Source: an uncultured Gemmatimonadota bacterium (GTDB taxonomy: Bacteria > SM23-81). From it: a DNA stretch of 12,394 nucleotides. The DNA lies in NCBI GenBank assembly GCA_964584035.1, contig CAZOYL010000077.1, forward strand, positions 1-12,394. The letters are read 5' to 3'. The notes under the pieces were generated by a model that was given only the letters and a program-made list of their open reading frames with translations, did not search any database and was not told the DNA's origin. The translations under genes and the position numbers were made by a program. Positions 1-6,950 of the stretch are shown piece by piece; within the stretch, counting starts at the first letter, position 1; every line of letters starts with the position of its first letter.

Positions 1-167
1 ATCCTTTTCTCGTCGTGAAGCCCGTCGGACAGCAGCCAGATAAATGATGCTGTTCGATTGAGACGAATCAACCCGGTGAGGCCGTAGGCCGTCACCTGTG
101 AAACTGAATCCGTCCGGATTACTTTCCAATAGATACAGCACCGGTATGGACGAGCTTTCATCTCCAT
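1..167 (-). CDS. PqqD-family / RiPP recognition element (RRE) protein, 5' part; runs off the left edge
   Basis: Manual translation from ATG 167 (SD GAGGTGA at 175-181; alternative ATG 161): MEMKARPYRCCIYWKVIRTDSVSQVTAYGLTGLIRLNRTASFIWLLSDGLHDEKR..., open to the edge. LNRTASFIWLLSDG matches the PqqD/RRE signature LNxT(A/G)xxIWxLxDG at the expected position. Not in the supplied ORF track. Confidence 0.8.
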   Translation of the reverse strand, partial: MEMKARPYRCCIYWKVIRTDSVSQVTAYGLTGLIRLNRTASFIWLLSDGLHDEKR

Positions 168-186
168 GGATGAATCACCTCGGATG

Positions 187-224
187 GCGGCCGCGGCAGC
201 GGTATATCGAACTGCCACGGCCGC
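187..224 (-). other. GC-rich RNA stem-loop between the small peptide gene and the RRE gene
   Basis: Minus strand GCGGCCGUGGCAG-N12-CUGCCGCGGCCGC forms a 13-bp stem with one G-U pair (an A-C mismatch on the plus strand). No U-tract follows. Confidence 0.7.
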
Positions 225-245
225 TGTTGATATTCCCGGGATGAA

Positions 246-305
246 CTGGCGACACAGTCTCTTAAGACAACGTCCCTGGAGACATAGTCGTTACAGACGA
301 ACTCC
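246..305. repeat. Degenerate tandem repeat: 2 x 30 nt, with GACNNNGTC units at 15-nt period
   Basis: ctggcgacacagtctcttaagacaacgtcc versus ctggagacatagtcgttacagacgaactcc, 21/30 identical. Units gacacagtc (251), gacaacgtc (266), gacatagtc (281), gacgaactc (296, one mismatch). Confidence 0.55.
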
Positions 306-350
306 TTGTGAACCGACTTGCGTTCTACTTCCACGGTATGCCGGCCGTCA

Positions 351-488
351 TCACTGAGTCGCCAGTGTCGTCCCGATGGTGACCAGGATGCAGGCCATCA
401 CGGTCATCCAGGGAACCTTCGGAGCGTAGAAGACATCTTCACCGTCGAATGTCTCCATCACCTCCATGCTGGGCGATTCGAACAGCAC
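351..488 (-). CDS. 45-aa putative RiPP precursor peptide MLFESPSMEVMETFDGEDVFYAPKVPWMTVMACILVTIGTTLATQ
   Basis: GTG at 488 is preceded by a perfect SD AAAGGAGGTGA (494-504), 8 nt from GGAGG. Double stop TGA TGA. Acidic N-terminal half with FxxPxM, hydrophobic C-terminal half with 5 Thr and 1 Cys. Adjacent to an RRE-like gene. The track start at 542 is probably too far upstream. Confidence 0.75.
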   Translation of the reverse strand: MLFESPSMEVMETFDGEDVFYAPKVPWMTVMACILVTIGTTLATQ

Positions 489-1749
489 GATGCTCACCTC
501 CTTTCCGGGCCGCCGCTCTCCCTCCGGCACAAACCTCTTCATAGAGCTCTGTCAGCCTCTGACCCATGGGTCGAAAGGTTCTCGACAGACGCCGCTCCCG
601 AACGGACCACTCCAGCCTCATGGCCCCATCGTACAGCGATCTCTCCAGCGACATATCCCATCGTTCGTGGTCCTGCCGCCAGATGCCCATAGGTATATCA
701 TGATCCCTGAACCAGGCCGCCAAAAGGCCGTCCCCGTCGGTCAGCACGGGAAGATTCAGGTCCAGAGCTTTGTATATCAGGTTTCCAACCAATGAGACCG
801 GGTCGGGAAGGACCATCAGGTCCATGCTTTCCAGAACGGCACGCCACCATCCGGCCACGGTTCGGGGTCTCAGGAAGGTGATCCGATCGGCCAAACCCAT
901 CCGCCGGATGAGGCCTCCCAGGGCCGGCTGTCTAGTCTGGGCTTGCAGACCGGCCAGGAATAACCGCCATCCATCCGGCTGGCGGTCCCTCATGCCGGCA
1001 CAGGCCTCCAGGAGTCTCTGCAGGCCGGCGGTGAGCTTCAGCGGGCCGTGATAGAGGATCCTTTTCTCTTCCTTCGGCCGAGCCTGGGCAGAGAGATCCG
1101 GCCGGACCCTTGGCCAAACCGCCGGCCAATCCCCTGCCGCGGCTTGCCCCGAATACCGGCCTTCCTCCTGGACAGCCACCGGCGGGAGCACCGTCATCCG
1201 GCCGTCCTCGACCAGGAACAGATCCTTGATCTTGTCCCGCTGACAGGCGTCCGGGCAGACGATGGCCCGGCAGCGAGAGAGGAGCCACCACCATACCCAG
1301 CGGCTATAGACGTCCGGGGAATCGGGCAGCCAGGTCGAACGGTCGGCAACGTCATCCCGAACCGAGACCACCAGGGGACATTCCAGGATCCGGCTGAGCT
1401 GTCCGCCGGCCAGGCCGGCCCGCCATCCGAAGCAATGGATCAGGTCCCATCCCACCGCGCCCCGCCATCGCCTGACGAGTTCCGTCACCATGGAAAGATT
1501 GTCCTGCAGGAGAACGGTCAGGGGCATCCGCGGAGCCCGCCGGACCGGGATGACGCCCAATCGCGGAATGGCATGCAGTTGAAGCAGCGGCTGGTTCTCA
1601 TTCTGCTGCGGGAGGCCGGCCAGGTTGATCATCACCGTCACCGAATTTCCCGATCCGGTCACCGAGCGGGCCGCGTCCAGGACCTCGCAGCCGTCATCCT
1701 GCCCCGGATGAATCTGACCGTCGATCAGCGATATCATCAGGATGTGCAT
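439..1749 (-). CDS. GT-B fold, glycosyltransferase family 4-like protein with degenerate catalytic motifs
   Basis: 436-aa ORF, SD GAGGA. GT4-like segments: DLIHCFGWRAGLAG..CPLVVSVRD, ILYHGPL..AGLQRLLEA, MGLADRITFL, DLMVLP..ALDLNLPVLTD, C-terminal LTELYEEV. Confidence 0.75.
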   Translation of the reverse strand: MHILMISLIDGQIHPGQDDGCEVLDAARSVTGSGNSVTVMINLAGLPQQNENQPLLQLHAIPRLGVIPVRRAPRMPLTVLLQDNLSMVTELVRRWRGAVGWDLIHCFGWRAGLAGGQLSRILECPLVVSVRDDVADRSTWLPDSPDVYSRWVWWWLLSRCRAIVCPDACQRDKIKDLFLVEDGRMTVLPPVAVQEEGRYSGQAAAGDWPAVWPRVRPDLSAQARPKEEKRILYHGPLKLTAGLQRLLEACAGMRDRQPDGWRLFLAGLQAQTRQPALGGLIRRMGLADRITFLRPRTVAGWWRAVLESMDLMVLPDPVSLVGNLIYKALDLNLPVLTDGDGLLAAWFRDHDIPMGIWRQDHERWDMSLERSLYDGAMRLEWSVRERRLSRTFRPMGQRLTELYEEVCAGGRAAARKGGEHRAVRIAQHGGDGDIRR

Positions 1750-1789
1750 CTCAGGTCCTCAGGAAAATGCCCGCCGCCGGCACTGAACC

Positions 1790-1805
1790 ACCAAGACTCG
1801 TGCCA
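1790..1805 (-). promoter_or_regulatory. Possible sigma54 (-24/-12) promoter for the GT4-like/peptide/RRE unit
   Basis: Minus strand TGGCACG-AGTC-TTGGT versus consensus TGGCACG-N4-TTGC(A/T): perfect -24 box and spacing, one deviation at -12. Lies just downstream of the rnhB terminator and about 40 nt before ATG 1749. Confidence 0.45.
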
Positions 1806-1818
1806 GAACAGCGGGCAT

Positions 1819-1856
1819 AAAAAAACCCCCACCGCGAAAAACGCTAAGTTGGGGTC
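1819..1856 (-). terminator. Probable intrinsic terminator of the dxr...rnhB block
   Basis: Minus strand GACCCC-AACTTA-GCG-TTTTT-CGC-GGTG-GGGGTT followed into a run of 7 T; imperfect stem. Confidence 0.6.
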
Positions 1857-1962
1857 AGAGACTCATTCTCTGCGGCCGCCAGAGCACCGGTTGGCCGCCA
1901 TCAGAGAACGGGCCTCCGGCTTCAACAGCCACCTTTGTTCACATCGATCGCCGCGGTCTCTC

Positions 1963-2823
1963 CTATCCCTCCCTTTCAAGACCGATTCGCGAGGACACCG
2001 GCGGTTCCATCGCGATGGAACCTTTCTGCCTATTCATCAAGGCCGACACCGGATGAAAGCTTTGCCGGTGAATCCGGCAGGGTCCGTAAGTTCCGATGGC
2101 GGCCAGATGCTCCGCCGTGCCGTAACCCTTGTGTTTGCGAAATCCATACTGGGGGAACTCGCCATCCAGGTTCAGCATCATCCGATCCCGGGTGACCTTG
2201 GCCACCACCGAGGCGGCCGCCACCGAGATCGCCCGAGCATCCCCCTTCACCAGAGGCGTCTGGGGCATATCCAGCTGCGGAATCTTCCAGGGGCCGTCCA
2301 CCACCACATGATCGGGTGTGATCGACAGGTTGGCCGCGGCCGAAGCCATCGCCTCCCAGTTGGCCTGCTGGATGCCGATGCGATCGATCCGCCCGGCCGA
2401 GACCAGGCCCACGCCGACGGAAACGGCCTGGGTCATGATCAGCCGATACCACTCTTCTCTCACTTGGGGCCTGAGGGCCTTGGAATCGTTCAGGCCCATC
2501 CAGCCGCACGGCCAGGGTGCCATCACGGCCGCCGCCACCAGCGGCCCGGCCAGCGGTCCCCGGCCGGCCTCATCCAGGCCGACCACGGATCGGCAGCCAT
2601 TCTCCCGCAGCCGCCGCTCGACCGCCATCATCTCCTCCAACCGCCGTTCCCCTTTAGCCCGCTGGTGCCGATGGCGGACGACTCTCCGGCCCAGTTCCTG
2701 AACGCTCTGACGATCATCAGCCTTCAGCTGGGACAGGACCGTCTCATCTATCAAACCGCTCCGGGAAAGAAATTCCCGAATCTGCCCGATCGTCATCCGG
2801 GAGATGGACACCGGCTCGACCAT
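1963..2823 (-). CDS. rnhB: Ribonuclease HII with N-terminal extension
   Basis: GLDEAGRGPLAGP, LNDSKAL, VVVDG, VKGDARAISVAAASVVAKVTRD and HKGYGTAEH motifs; follows rplS as usual. Confidence 0.97.
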   Translation of the reverse strand: MVEPVSISRMTIGQIREFLSRSGLIDETVLSQLKADDRQSVQELGRRVVRHRHQRAKGERRLEEMMAVERRLRENGCRSVVGLDEAGRGPLAGPLVAAAVMAPWPCGWMGLNDSKALRPQVREEWYRLIMTQAVSVGVGLVSAGRIDRIGIQQANWEAMASAAANLSITPDHVVVDGPWKIPQLDMPQTPLVKGDARAISVAAASVVAKVTRDRMMLNLDGEFPQYGFRKHKGYGTAEHLAAIGTYGPCRIHRQSFHPVSALMNRQKGSIAMEPPVSSRIGLEREG

Positions 2824-2855
2824 ACGGACGCTCCCCCGCCGTTATCCCCAGGACG

Positions 2856-3197
2856 CTATCGTTTCTCCCGGATACGGGCACTCTTGCCTTTCAGCTCGCG
2901 AAGATAATAGAGCTTGGAACGTCGCACCCGGCCTCGGCGAACCCGTTGGATCTTGGCGATCTGGGGTGAATGCAGCGGAAAGACCCGCTCGACGCCGATG
3001 CCGCCGCTGATCTTGCGCACGGTAAAGGTCTCGTTGGTGCCGGAACCCTTTCGTCCGATGACGACCCCCTCGAAGATCTGGGACCGCTCTTTATCACCCT
3101 CCTTGACCAGCACGTGCACCTTAACCGTATCTCCGGGTCCGAATTCGGGCAGATCGCTCTTCAGCTGCTGGCTCTCCACATGTCTGACGACATCCAT
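2856..3197 (-). CDS. rplS: 50S ribosomal protein L19
   Basis: [64 protein letters not shown]. Confidence 0.99.
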   Translation of the reverse strand: MDVVRHVESQQLKSDLPEFGPGDTVKVHVLVKEGDKERSQIFEGVVIGRKGSGTNETFTVRKISGGIGVERVFPLHSPQIAKIQRVRRGRVRRSKLYYLRELKGKSARIREKR

Positions 3198-3200
3198 CGT

Positions 3201-4028
3201 TCACTCCTGGTTAGATCTTCTCTTCGTTTCTTTGGAGACATCCTCGTTCTGTTTATTTTCATGTTGAATACTGTCTTTTTGAGATGAGCCTTTTGGAACG
3301 TGTCTCTCTTTTTGGATCTCTTGCAGCAGTTCCCGGTCCTCACGGTTCAGAGCGCCTCCGTCCAGCAAATCCGGACGGCGGGAGAGGGTCCTTCGCAGCG
3401 CCTCCTTGCGGCGCCATTGCCGGATCTGTTCATGATGGCCGGAGAACAGAATGTCGGGCACCGCCTGGCCGCGAAACTCCCTCGGCCGGGTGAATTGAGG
3501 CCCCTCCAGGAGGCCTTCGAAAAAGGAGTCGCCCTCGGCCGACTCGGCATCTCCCAGCACTCCGGGGATCAGGCGGGCGACCGAATCGATCAGGATCATG
3601 GCCGCCAGCTCGCCTCCTGAGAGGACAAAGTCGCCGATGGAGATCTCCCGGTCGGCCAGGGTCCGAATGCGTTCGTCGAATCCCTTGTACCGGCCGCTGA
3701 TGATGATCAGACCGCCCTCTCCGGCTAACTGTTGAGCCAACCGGTGCTCGTACCGCTGCCCCTGGGGTGTCAGCAGGATCACCGGGGCACCCGGCTCATC
3801 CTGGCGGGCTCCTTCTACGGCACGGAAGACGGGCTCCGGTTTCAGCACCATTCCGGGGCCGCCTCCGAAGGGAGAATCGTCCACGGTGGCGTGCTTATCA
3901 TCGGCATACCGGCGGATATCCCTAAGCGTGACCCTGATCAGATCGCTCTCCTGAGCCCGGCTCAAAATGCTCTCGCCCAGGAAACCATCGAACATTCCCG
4001 GAAACAGGGTCAGAATCACGAAGTGCAC
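3201..4028 (-). CDS. trmD: tRNA (guanine37-N1)-methyltransferase
   Basis: [60 protein letters not shown] start; about 30-aa charged C-terminal tail. Confidence 0.98.
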   Translation of the reverse strand: MHFVILTLFPGMFDGFLGESILSRAQESDLIRVTLRDIRRYADDKHATVDDSPFGGGPGMVLKPEPVFRAVEGARQDEPGAPVILLTPQGQRYEHRLAQQLAGEGGLIIISGRYKGFDERIRTLADREISIGDFVLSGGELAAMILIDSVARLIPGVLGDAESAEGDSFFEGLLEGPQFTRPREFRGQAVPDILFSGHHEQIRQWRRKEALRRTLSRRPDLLDGGALNREDRELLQEIQKERHVPKGSSQKDSIQHENKQNEDVSKETKRRSNQE

Positions 4029-4042
4029 GTCACGCCACCCCC

Positions 4043-4561
4043 TCAGTCGATCAATCCGGAGATGACTCTGACAACCATCCGGCCGGCGTCCAGGTCGATC
4101 TTCCTGACGTAGGCCTCAACGGCCGGTATATAGGTCTCTCCTTTTTCGGTTCTGACCACATAAAGATCGTGAGCCGGCATGTCCAACACGGCCGTGACCG
4201 GCCCGATCTCGTCTCCATCCTCGGTAACCGCCGTCAGCCCCACGATCTGAAAAGAGTAATATTGCCCCTTGGGCAACGGCGGCAGATCCTCTCGAGGCAC
4301 CGAGAGCAGCCAGCCGCGGAACGCATCGACATCTTCGGCCGTATTAAATCCCTCAAGTTTTAGATGGCCGATCCGTCCGGGCTGACGGTACCACTGTTTG
4401 GTGAAGTCCCGGACCTGTTCCTCCCGCGTCAGCCAAACCCGGGGCAAATGGTCCAGCACCTCTTCCAGAGAGAAATAGGGCCATATTTTACAAACGCCGC
4501 GAACACCGTGCGGTTTGGTCACCACGCCGATTGGCACCAGCTCTGTATTCATGAAATCCAC
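4043..4561 (-). CDS. rimM: Ribosome maturation factor RimM (start may be ATG 4552)
   Basis: [40 protein letters not shown]; located between khpA and trmD. Confidence 0.96.
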   Translation of the reverse strand: MDFMNTELVPIGVVTKPHGVRGVCKIWPYFSLEEVLDHLPRVWLTREEQVRDFTKQWYRQPGRIGHLKLEGFNTAEDVDAFRGWLLSVPREDLPPLPKGQYYSFQIVGLTAVTEDGDEIGPVTAVLDMPAHDLYVVRTEKGETYIPAVEAYVRKIDLDAGRMVVRVISGLID

Positions 4562-4585
4562 CGCCGGATGTTATCCGTGCAGCAC

Positions 4586-4816
4586 CTATTCTAGGATTTC
4601 CAGCACGGCCCGCTTGCCCATCTTCGCCGAGGCGGCGTTAACCAGCGTCCGAATGGATTTGGCCGTCTGGCCGTTCTTGCCAATGACCTTTCCCAAATCT
4701 CCGGGGCCAACACGCAACTCATAGACAACGGTTTTCTCGCCATCGACCTGATTGATCCGAACCGCATCGGGCTGATCCACAAGAGATTTCACAATGAGCT
4801 CGATCAACTCTTTCAT
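4586..4816 (-). CDS. khpA: KH-domain RNA-binding protein KhpA (YlqC, UPF0109)
   Basis: [36 protein letters not shown]; conserved position after rpsP. Confidence 0.95.
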   Translation of the reverse strand: MKELIELIVKSLVDQPDAVRINQVDGEKTVVYELRVGPGDLGKVIGKNGQTAKSIRTLVNAASAKMGKRAVLEILE

Positions 4817-4888
4817 CGCCAGCCTCTCCTCTGTCTCGCATTGAGCGGTGTGGCAGCAGATCTGTCGAGTCTTTCACCTCCTTGGACG

Positions 4889-5524
4889 TCAGGCGTTCTC
4901 GGCGTTATCTTTTTCGACGTCTTCTTTCTTGGATTTATTCTCGGCCTTCACCTCTTCTTTTTTATCATCTTTGCCAGCGGCCTGTTTGCCTTTCGCTTTC
5001 GGTTCGGCTGTCTTCTGGCCGGTCGCTGCCTTGTCCTTCTTGTGATCCTCCTTCTTGTCCTCCTTCGCCTTGGCCGTCTCCGGCGACTCCGATTTTACCG
5101 GAGTCTCTTCGGCCTTGGCCTCGATGCTCTCTTCCGGGGGGGGCGCGGCGGGCTTCTCTGCTTTCACCTTCCCGGCCGTATCCTTCTCTTCAGCAACCTG
5201 GGCTTTCCTTTCCCTCGGAGTCCGGGGCGCCGGCGGCTGCCAACCAGAAAGATCTTCTCCGCGCCTGAGCATCTCCCACTTCTGACGTAATCCCAATCGA
5301 CTCAGCAGGTCCCACACGGGATCGCTGGGCTGGGCGCCATTCTTCAGCCATCCGAACAGCTTCTCCTCCTCGATCTGGATGCTGGATGGCTCCTTGAGCG
5401 GATCGTAGGTCCCGATGCTGTCGATGTAACGTCCGTCTCTGGGTTTCTTCGAATCGGCGACGATAATGCGATAAAAAGGATTCTTCTTTGCTCCCATTCT
5501 CCGTAACCGGATCCTTACCGACAC
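4889..5524 (-). CDS. rpsP: 30S ribosomal protein S16 with long Lys/Glu/Ala-rich C-terminal extension
   Basis: VRIRLRRMGAKKNPFYRIIVADSKKPRDGRYIDSIGTYDP, WLKNGAQPSD. SD AGGAGGTGA favours GTG 5524 over the track start at 5533. Confidence 0.97.
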   Translation of the reverse strand: MSVRIRLRRMGAKKNPFYRIIVADSKKPRDGRYIDSIGTYDPLKEPSSIQIEEEKLFGWLKNGAQPSDPVWDLLSRLGLRQKWEMLRRGEDLSGWQPPAPRTPRERKAQVAEEKDTAGKVKAEKPAAPPPEESIEAKAEETPVKSESPETAKAKEDKKEDHKKDKAATGQKTAEPKAKGKQAAGKDDKKEEVKAENKSKKEDVEKDNAENA

Positions 5525-5554
5525 ACTGCTCACCTCCTCTCGCTCGGCAAATGA

Positions 5555-6895
5555 TTACCGATGCATTCGTCTTCTTGTGGTCTTTTGTTTACGAGTGACC
5601 AGGGCTTTTTGCCAGCCCTTTTCGTCCATTCCCTCGATCATATTTTGAATGGTCCGGAATTGTTTCAACAACTGATTGACATCCTGAACGGTCCGTCCGC
5701 TTCCCCGGGCGATACGTTTGCGTCGGCTGCCGTCGATGATTCGAGGATCGCTTCGCTCCCGGGGCGTCATCGAGTTGATCATCGCCTCGACGCGCACCAG
5801 AGCCCCCTCATCGACCTGCAGACCCTTGAGATCGACGCCCGGCATCATCTCTAAGAGGTTTTCCAGGGGACCCATCTTCTTCAATTGCCGCAGCTGAGAG
5901 AGAAAATCCTCCAGGGTGAAGGCCTTTTCCCTGAGTTTTTTCTCTATCTTTTTCTGCTCTTTGAGATCGATGACGGCCTGGGCCTTCTCCACCAGGGTGA
6001 CCACGTCACCCATCCCCAAAATCCGTGAGGCCATCCGGTCGGGATAGAACGGCTCCAGCGCGTCTAATTTCTCGCCGATCCCAACGAACTTAATCGGTTT
6101 TCCGGTGACCGCCATAATCGACAGGGCCGCGCCGCCACGGGCGTCGCCGTCCAACTTGGTTAGTACGACGCCATCGATATCCAGACGGCGCTGAAACTCC
6201 TGGGCCAGATGGACGGCCTCCTGCCCGGTCATGGCGTCGGCCACCAGGAGAATTTCCTGGGGAGATACCCGCTGGCGAATATGCTCCAGCTCCCGCATCA
6301 TCTCATCGTCGACATGCCAGCGTCCGGCTGTATCCAGAATGACGACTTCCAGACCCTCTCGTCTGGCCTGTTTCAGGGCCTGGACGCTGATTTCGACCGG
6401 ATCGTCCTTTTCCGACCAGAAGACGTCAACCTCGATCTGCCGGCCCAGTTGCCGCAGTTGCTCCACGGCCGCCGGCCGGTAGACATCAGCCGCCGCCAGG
6501 AGGACCTTTCTGTCCTGCGATCGCAGATGACGGGCCAGCTTGCCGGCTGCCGTGGTCTTTCCGCTGCCCTGCAATCCGACCAGCATGATGACGACCGGTC
6601 CGGAGCCATCCAGTTTCAGTCCGGCGGCCTGACCGCCCAGCAGCGAGATGAGCTCATCGTGGACGATCTTGACCACCATCTGCCCCGGCGTGATGCTGCT
6701 GAGCACCTCCTGTCCGACGGCCTTCTGACGTATCCTTGCGGTGAAATCCTTGGCCACCTGGACATTCACGTCGGCTTCCAGCAGCGCGCGGCGAACATCG
6801 CGGAGGGCCTCATCGACGTCCCCGGCGGACAGCTTGCCACGGCCGCGTAGTTTCCGAAATGCTTCATTCAGCCGACGGGTCAGTTCATCGAACAT
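5555..6895 (-). CDS. ffh: Signal recognition particle protein Ffh
   Basis: ALLEADV, GLQGSGKTT P-loop, DTAGR, TKLDGDARGG, M-domain AMINSMTPRER and SRRKRIARGSG. Confidence 0.99.
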   Translation of the reverse strand: MFDELTRRLNEAFRKLRGRGKLSAGDVDEALRDVRRALLEADVNVQVAKDFTARIRQKAVGQEVLSSITPGQMVVKIVHDELISLLGGQAAGLKLDGSGPVVIMLVGLQGSGKTTAAGKLARHLRSQDRKVLLAAADVYRPAAVEQLRQLGRQIEVDVFWSEKDDPVEISVQALKQARREGLEVVILDTAGRWHVDDEMMRELEHIRQRVSPQEILLVADAMTGQEAVHLAQEFQRRLDIDGVVLTKLDGDARGGAALSIMAVTGKPIKFVGIGEKLDALEPFYPDRMASRILGMGDVVTLVEKAQAVIDLKEQKKIEKKLREKAFTLEDFLSQLRQLKKMGPLENLLEMMPGVDLKGLQVDEGALVRVEAMINSMTPRERSDPRIIDGSRRKRIARGSGRTVQDVNQLLKQFRTIQNMIEGMDEKGWQKALVTRKQKTTRRRMHR

Positions 6896-6950
6896 ATCGG
6901 TGTTTCCTCATGGCTCGATTGAAGGATCGCTTTCGGCCCTGTGAACGGCA

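Noticed and set aside
246..305. CRISPR array interpretation of the periodic repeats
   Set aside because: Units of 9 bp with 6-nt spacers are far too short, and no cas genes are present.
158..334. 58-codon minus-strand ORF (GTG 334 to TGA 158; MEVERKSVHKEFVCNDYVSRD...) whose stop overlaps the RRE ATG at 161
   Set aside because: No SD, runs through the hairpin and repeat array, and has no recognisable features. Not fully excluded as a second small peptide; worth a tBLASTn check.
351..488. Assignment of the peptide to lasso peptide, glycocin, lanthipeptide or daptide classes
   Set aside because: No ring-forming Asp/Glu at a suitable position, no double-Gly leader or multiple Cys, no C-terminal Thr, and no class-defining enzyme visible in the window.
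489..542. N-terminal 18 codons of the 63-aa track ORF 351..542
   Set aside because: These codons contain the perfect SD that points to GTG 488 as the real start.
1048..2907. 619-aa plus-strand ORF
   Set aside because: Antisense to rnhB and the GT4-like gene, crosses the terminator region, Arg/Pro/His-rich with no recognisable motif; typical shadow ORF of GC-rich DNA.
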